From: a virus
Lineage: Duplodnaviria; Caudoviricetes
IMG/VR virus record: IMGVR_UViG_2920693923_000001
Coordinates: 1 to 64,000 of that record
Strand: one strand, 5' to 3'
DNA: 64,000 nucleotides
The notes beneath the pieces were generated by a model. It ran no database searches and had not been told where the DNA came from. It saw only the letters and a list, made by a program, of their open reading frames with translations. Below are positions 59,639 to 64,000 of the stretch, piece after piece; position 1 is the stretch's first letter, and every line of letters starts with the position of its first letter. Position numbers and translations under genes: made by a program.

Positions 59639-60808
59639 TCAATTTAATTGAATATCATACAAGCAAATCAATCCATTTTCTCCAATAACAGAAACTGTTT
59701 GCTCTGGCTTATTTACTTTACGAATTGATACCGCATAATTGTCTGAACCTGAACAACATCCTGACTCAATAACTTTTGTATCATAAACAGTAGTCAATCC
59801 ATTAGTGTGTCTATGTCCTAGTAACACAATGTTTGGCTTTATATTGAACATCATCGTGAAATTCTGTACAACATTACTTGGTGAATCCTTGTGTCCATGA
59901 GCAGCAAACACATTATTTCCACGGATATTAAACATTGCTATTTCAGGTTCAACTGTATTATCACAAATTGTAATATTTTCAACATTCTGCATTCTTGCCT
60001 TTAAATAGAAAGGTAAGAGTACATCCATATTTTCACCATCTAAAGCTTCTTCTTTTTTAGGAGAGATCCTAGAGTGATTACCAGGCGTTGTATATACATA
60101 GATATGACTGAAGTGATTCGCCATTCTTGATAGCATAGCAGAAATCAATTCTGAAACATATTTAAACTGTTCCATTAAGTCCATATTATTCTGCAAGCGA
60201 AGGTTATTATGAATAATTCCACTAAGAATTTCTCCAATTACAAGATAACAATTTTCTGAATCATGTTGTCCACGAATATCTAAGATGTCAGAAGTGAACT
60301 TTTCGATTCTTTGTCTCAAAATGTCTGCATTAAAATCATTTTTCCAATTATGTATTTCAATACCTGTATGAATATCAGTTAAATGAACCAAAAGATCCGT
60401 TGAACTATTGAATAAAGTATAATGCACTGGAATATTCATTGGTTCAACATTTTCGCAAATTATTCGTTTTACCATATCTACATATGATTCTTTACGAGCT
60501 TCTTGTCTAATAAGTCGATTGTACTCAACCCTTGCATCGGAAAGCTTAATCTTTTCCTTACGCATTTTAATTAACTCAGAATTATCTGAATTATTTTCTG
60601 TTTCTACTGGTTCATTAACCCATCCAGCATCAATATATTCATAAAGTAATTTACTACCTTTACGTACTGTATCTCTGTGCTCTAAATCACCATTAAATTC
60701 AGAACGAAAGTCAGCAACATCTTGCCACTCTAAATTTTCGTCTGTTCTTTTTCTCTTGAGTAAGTCTAATTGTTCTCTAAGAAATTCATTCTTCTCGATG
60801 TCGTCCAC
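59639..60808 (-). CDS. Calcineurin-like metallophosphoesterase
   Basis: 'TDIHTG', 'PGNHSR', 'AHGH' and 'LGHRH' motifs. Confidence 0.85.
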   Translation of the reverse strand: MDDIEKNEFLREQLDLLKRKRTDENLEWQDVADFRSEFNGDLEHRDTVRKGSKLLYEYIDAGWVNEPVETENNSDNSELIKMRKEKIKLSDARVEYNRLIRQEARKESYVDMVKRIICENVEPMNIPVHYTLFNSSTDLLVHLTDIHTGIEIHNWKNDFNADILRQRIEKFTSDILDIRGQHDSENCYLVIGEILSGIIHNNLRLQNNMDLMEQFKYVSELISAMLSRMANHFSHIYVYTTPGNHSRISPKKEEALDGENMDVLLPFYLKARMQNVENITICDNTVEPEIAMFNIRGNNVFAAHGHKDSPSNVVQNFTMMFNIKPNIVLLGHRHTNGLTTVYDTKVIESGCCSGSDNYAVSIRKVNKPEQTVSVIGENGLICLYDIQLN

Positions 60809-60812
60809 CGCC

Positions 60813-61019
60813 TTACTCTTCAGAACCTTCCTCTACAGGAAGTTCAAATGTGATCTTGAAACCAATTGACTCAAATGGAATTGCATCAATTACCTGCTGA
60901 GATAAATCTTCACCAGTTTTCACATCTACAAATCTTAAATCCTTTACAGAAATATTGTCTAATTTAATTGTTTTCTTAGGAGCAGTAATTTTCTCCTCTG
61001 ATTCAGTAATCTTAACCAT
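60813..61019 (-). CDS. Hypothetical protein
   Basis: 68-aa ORF with an RBS. Confidence 0.55.
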   Translation of the reverse strand: MVKITESEEKITAPKKTIKLDNISVKDLRFVDVKTGEDLSQQVIDAIPFESIGFKITFELPVEEGSEE

Positions 61020-61068
61020 TATTCCTTTTTCTCCTTATCAACTAAAATAGGAGAGCAGTGTGCTCTCC

Positions 61069-61332
61069 TTAAAATCCTATTTTATTTTTATGATCTTCTT
61101 CATTTTCGTCATCTAAATATTCTTTATTTGATGGTGCTTCAAAACCAATGCAGTGTGTGTCTATTGGTTCTAATGCGAATTGAAGATCCTGTATTTCATT
61201 ATTCAATTTTAAGACCTTTTTACTTAATTCTCCTTTGGGAATTTTCAAAGCAGTTTGTATTAATTCAGTAATCGAATCTATAATTGGTAATAAACATATA
61301 CCAGTAAGAAAACCAAAAATATATTTCTTCAT
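61069..61332 (-). CDS. Hypothetical protein with N-terminal membrane anchor
   Basis: 87-aa ORF with a hydrophobic N-terminus. Confidence 0.55.
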   Translation of the reverse strand: MKKYIFGFLTGICLLPIIDSITELIQTALKIPKGELSKKVLKLNNEIQDLQFALEPIDTHCIGFEAPSNKEYLDDENEEDHKNKIGF

Positions 61333-61374
61333 AGGCGATCACCTTACATTTCGTTAAATTTTATTTATCACTAT

Positions 61375-62826
61375 CTATAACGCTATAATCATGTCCTTTT
61401 CAGAACACTTCACTTTATAACTCTTATCATTTTTAGATATTTCTTCTCGTAAATGTTCTTTTAAACAATTTTTTGCTTCTGTAGATCCATGTACTAAAAC
61501 AAGCTGATTTGTATTCAAATTACTACCGAATTTTAATAAATCGTCAAAATTGGCATGGGAGCTAAACGTGTTCATCGTTATACAATCTGCCCTATTAGGT
61601 ACAGGAACTTTGTTTATATTGATTGTTTTATGGGTTTTGCCATTTTTTATTCTATATGACAAATAAGAATCATCTGTTCCTACAAATCCAGAGAAACAAA
61701 TCATAGAATTGATATCACGTAAATATTTATCAAGATAAGATAATATCCTCCCATTTGTGCAAAAACCACTACTTGAGATTACAATTTTAGGTATCGGATC
61801 ATTTACCCATGCTTTCGATTCTACTTTTTCACGCACATATTTTACATTTTTCCAATTATAAACTTTTGTCCATAATTCACAAAAATCTGAGTCAAGAACA
61901 TCTTCGTAAGCTTGACATATATCACAGGTTAGCATTGAGTCAACAACTATATCTGTTTTAAAATCTTCATTTTCTCCAAATAGGAGATATAGTGTTGTTA
62001 ATAATTCCTGAGATCGTGAAAATGAGAACGCAGGAAGAATAATAGAACCTTGCCTTTCCAATACTGTTTCTATAGCAACACGTAGATGTTCAACATCGAA
62101 TTCACGAGTTTTCTTTGTAGCCCTAGTATTTAAACCGTAAGTTGATTCCATTATTGACACATCAGAAAAGGTAATTGGGATTTCTGTATTTTCTACATAA
62201 TGATTTTTAGTATCTAACGCTCCAATATCAGAAGTATATAGAATTTTCTTTGTTTTTATTCCATCATTTAAAATAAGCTGTAACTGTGCAGCTCCTACAC
62301 AATGAGAATTTTTAAACCATTGAAAACTAATCACATCATCTAATTTGTAAACATGATTATACTCATTATATACATAAATATAGTCCAGTGTTTTATACAC
62401 ATCTTCTTCAGTATATAATGGTTCGTATTCTCTATTATATCTTTTTGATAAAACTCGTGCCTCATCATTTACAATAAAAGCACAATTAAGTAATAAATAT
62501 TTCGACATAACCGAAGATGGGTATGTCATAATTATTTTTCCATGAAATCCTTCTTTAATAAGACGGGGTAATAATCCGATATGATCAATGTGCGAATGTC
62601 CAACAAACACGTAATCCAATTCATCAGGCTTAAATTTAAATTTTTCTGAATTTGCTTTATAAGCTGCCAAATATGAATTATCCTGTAATAAGCCACATTC
62701 AAGTAAAATTTGTTTATTTGCAAATCTTATATAAATCATTGATCCAGTAACATCTTTTGCATTATTACCACAAAATAAGATTCCATCATCTTTTAGTTTC
62801 GCTTTTCTTGCGATTGTAAAAACCAC
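61375..62826 (-). CDS. MBL-fold beta-CASP ribonuclease
   Basis: 'VTGS', 'HSHIDHIG', 'SHCVGA', 'YTSDIG', 'MESTYG', 'PAFSFSRSQE', 'FSSHA' and 'LVHG' motifs. Confidence 0.9.
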   Translation of the reverse strand: MVFTIARKAKLKDDGILFCGNNAKDVTGSMIYIRFANKQILLECGLLQDNSYLAAYKANSEKFKFKPDELDYVFVGHSHIDHIGLLPRLIKEGFHGKIIMTYPSSVMSKYLLLNCAFIVNDEARVLSKRYNREYEPLYTEEDVYKTLDYIYVYNEYNHVYKLDDVISFQWFKNSHCVGAAQLQLILNDGIKTKKILYTSDIGALDTKNHYVENTEIPITFSDVSIMESTYGLNTRATKKTREFDVEHLRVAIETVLERQGSIILPAFSFSRSQELLTTLYLLFGENEDFKTDIVVDSMLTCDICQAYEDVLDSDFCELWTKVYNWKNVKYVREKVESKAWVNDPIPKIVISSSGFCTNGRILSYLDKYLRDINSMICFSGFVGTDDSYLSYRIKNGKTHKTININKVPVPNRADCITMNTFSSHANFDDLLKFGSNLNTNQLVLVHGSTEAKNCLKEHLREEISKNDKSYKVKCSEKDMIIAL

Positions 62827-62870
62827 CTTTCTGTTTTAGTTTCATCCACAAGTGAAGAAAAGTGGAAGAG

Positions 62871-62939
62871 TAGCGTGACTCTGACTCGAACAGACCCTCT
62901 AGTTTATGAGACTAGTGTGCACCTTTACACCTTACCGCA
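62871..62939 (-). tRNA. tRNA-Met/Ile2(CAT), compact
   Basis: Anticodon ctagt-ctCATaa-actag, T arm tctg-ttcgagt-caga; acceptor stem imperfect. Confidence 0.65.
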
Positions 62940-62941
62940 AA

Positions 62942-63015
62942 TTGGAAATGTAAGACTTGAACTTACGACCTCATGATCCCAAATCATGTGTTCTACCAAA
63001 CTGAACTAATTCCCA
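62942..63015 (-). tRNA. tRNA-Pro(TGG), second copy
   Basis: tgggaat/atttcca acceptor, anticodon catga-ttTGGga-tcatg, T arm gtaag-ttcaagt-cttac. Confidence 0.85.
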
Positions 63016-63605
63016 AAAAGAGTGCAGTAGTTATACCTTCAGAACGAAAATACAACTACTGCTAAAAGAAGAGTTGTTTTTATGAAATGTATTATCTGTT
63101 TGAAAACGCCTTGATTTGCTACCCGTAGGCATGAATCCATATATCTTCCACAGAATGTATATGGTACAGGCTCGCTTGCTGCACTTACCTGGTTTGGCGC
63201 ACACATATACAAGTTTTTCACATAGCGTCACAGCAATGATTTATAGCTATATGTTAGACGAAATATTATAATGTCTCTCGACAATTATATATTCTCTGTT
63301 TTATCAGCTAGGAAAAGCTGATTTCATTGTTTTTAGCCTTACGGCATAGCCCTCAATTAAGAGGGCTTTTCTTTTGTAATAAAAACGATCGTTGCATATT
63401 TTTATTCCGCATTTGCATTTAAGCGGAGAGGATAGTTGTGTTGGTATTGTACTAAGTACACGCAAATTTACGCTATTATACATAGATAAAGTTTCATTGC
63501 CCACTTTCTCCTCATAAGTTCACTTAACTACAACTGCTACAACCGTTGATTTTACTAGCTTTTTGATATAGTAAAATAATTAAGTCTGTACAAAAAATGT
63601 GCATT

Positions 63606-64000
63606 TTAACAATTTTTTGAAAAACATTTTAGCAAATTTGCTGAATTTACATTATATAATACTTTTAGCAACAATGATTTATTTTTATTAAGAACAGAAG
63701 ATATTGTTTTTTGATTACGAATTGAACCAGGAAGAATTTTGAACGAACGATCAATCATCCAAGAAAATAACCCAAGATAATTCTTCGATATTTTAATTGA
63801 TTGTATTTCGCAAATTATATCATCAAAATCTTTTCTAAGTAATAAATAATCCTCATTTTCTGCATCATCGTTTATTTCGTATAATTTCAATGAATATTTT
63901 GCTATAATTTCTTCAACTTTTCTACAAGTACGAATATTACTTTTCATTTCATATTTAACAAAAAAATGACACATTGGTAAAGTGGTATCTACATTGCGAA
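63606..64000 (-). CDS. C-terminal end of a gene truncated by the window edge
   Basis: The frame stays open to position 64000 (...RNVDTTLPMCHFF...); identity cannot be determined from this fragment. Confidence 0.6.
   Translation of the reverse strand, partial: RNVDTTLPMCHFFVKYEMKSNIRTCRKVEEIIAKYSLKLYEINDDAENEDYLLLRKDFDDIICEIQSIKISKNYLGLFSWMIDRSFKILPGSIRNQKTISSVLNKNKSLLLKVLYNVNSANLLKCFSKNC

Noticed and set aside
527-62723. Numerous short antisense or alternative-frame ORFs in the track (for example 39790..40431, 18463..18837, 54407..54787)
   Set aside because: They overlap well-supported genes, lack RBSs and show no recognisable protein features
63185-63210. GUGCG as a group II intron 5' end
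   Set aside because: No domain V/VI, reverse transcriptase or interrupted gene was found

Overview
AT-rich segment of a large tailed phage or prophage of a Firmicutes host (probably Clostridia-type, inferred), with an SPbeta-like gene order read almost entirely on the minus strand. From right to left: a truncated ORF, a tRNA/ncRNA-rich island with beta-CASP RNase, metallophosphoesterase, HU, tyrosine recombinase and Ku genes, then terminase, portal, protease/scaffold, capsid, neck and major tail genes, a cysteine desulfurase next to the lysis cassette, the tape measure gene, and tail tip, fibre and baseplate genes. The main observation is that the tape measure protein (TMP) gene is split into three in-frame exons (32530-29954, 28243-27581, 22874-16677; about 3145 aa if spliced) by two group I intron-like elements. 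Intron 1 (1710 nt) carries a Vsr/EDxHD-type endonuclease and a 58-aa ORF. Intron 2 (4706 nt) has a variant but covarying catalytic core at its 5' end and an unusually long guide complementary to the distant exon 3. In place of a homing endonuclease it carries a five-gene cargo island with its own promoters and terminators: a DUF262 protein, a type III toxin-antitoxin system, a DUF4145 protein, DUF3800 with a repeat RNA, and a membrane protein. This looks like a defence island hidden in a self-splicing, possibly trans-splicing, intron inside an essential virion gene. All family calls are by motif recognition only; no searches were run.
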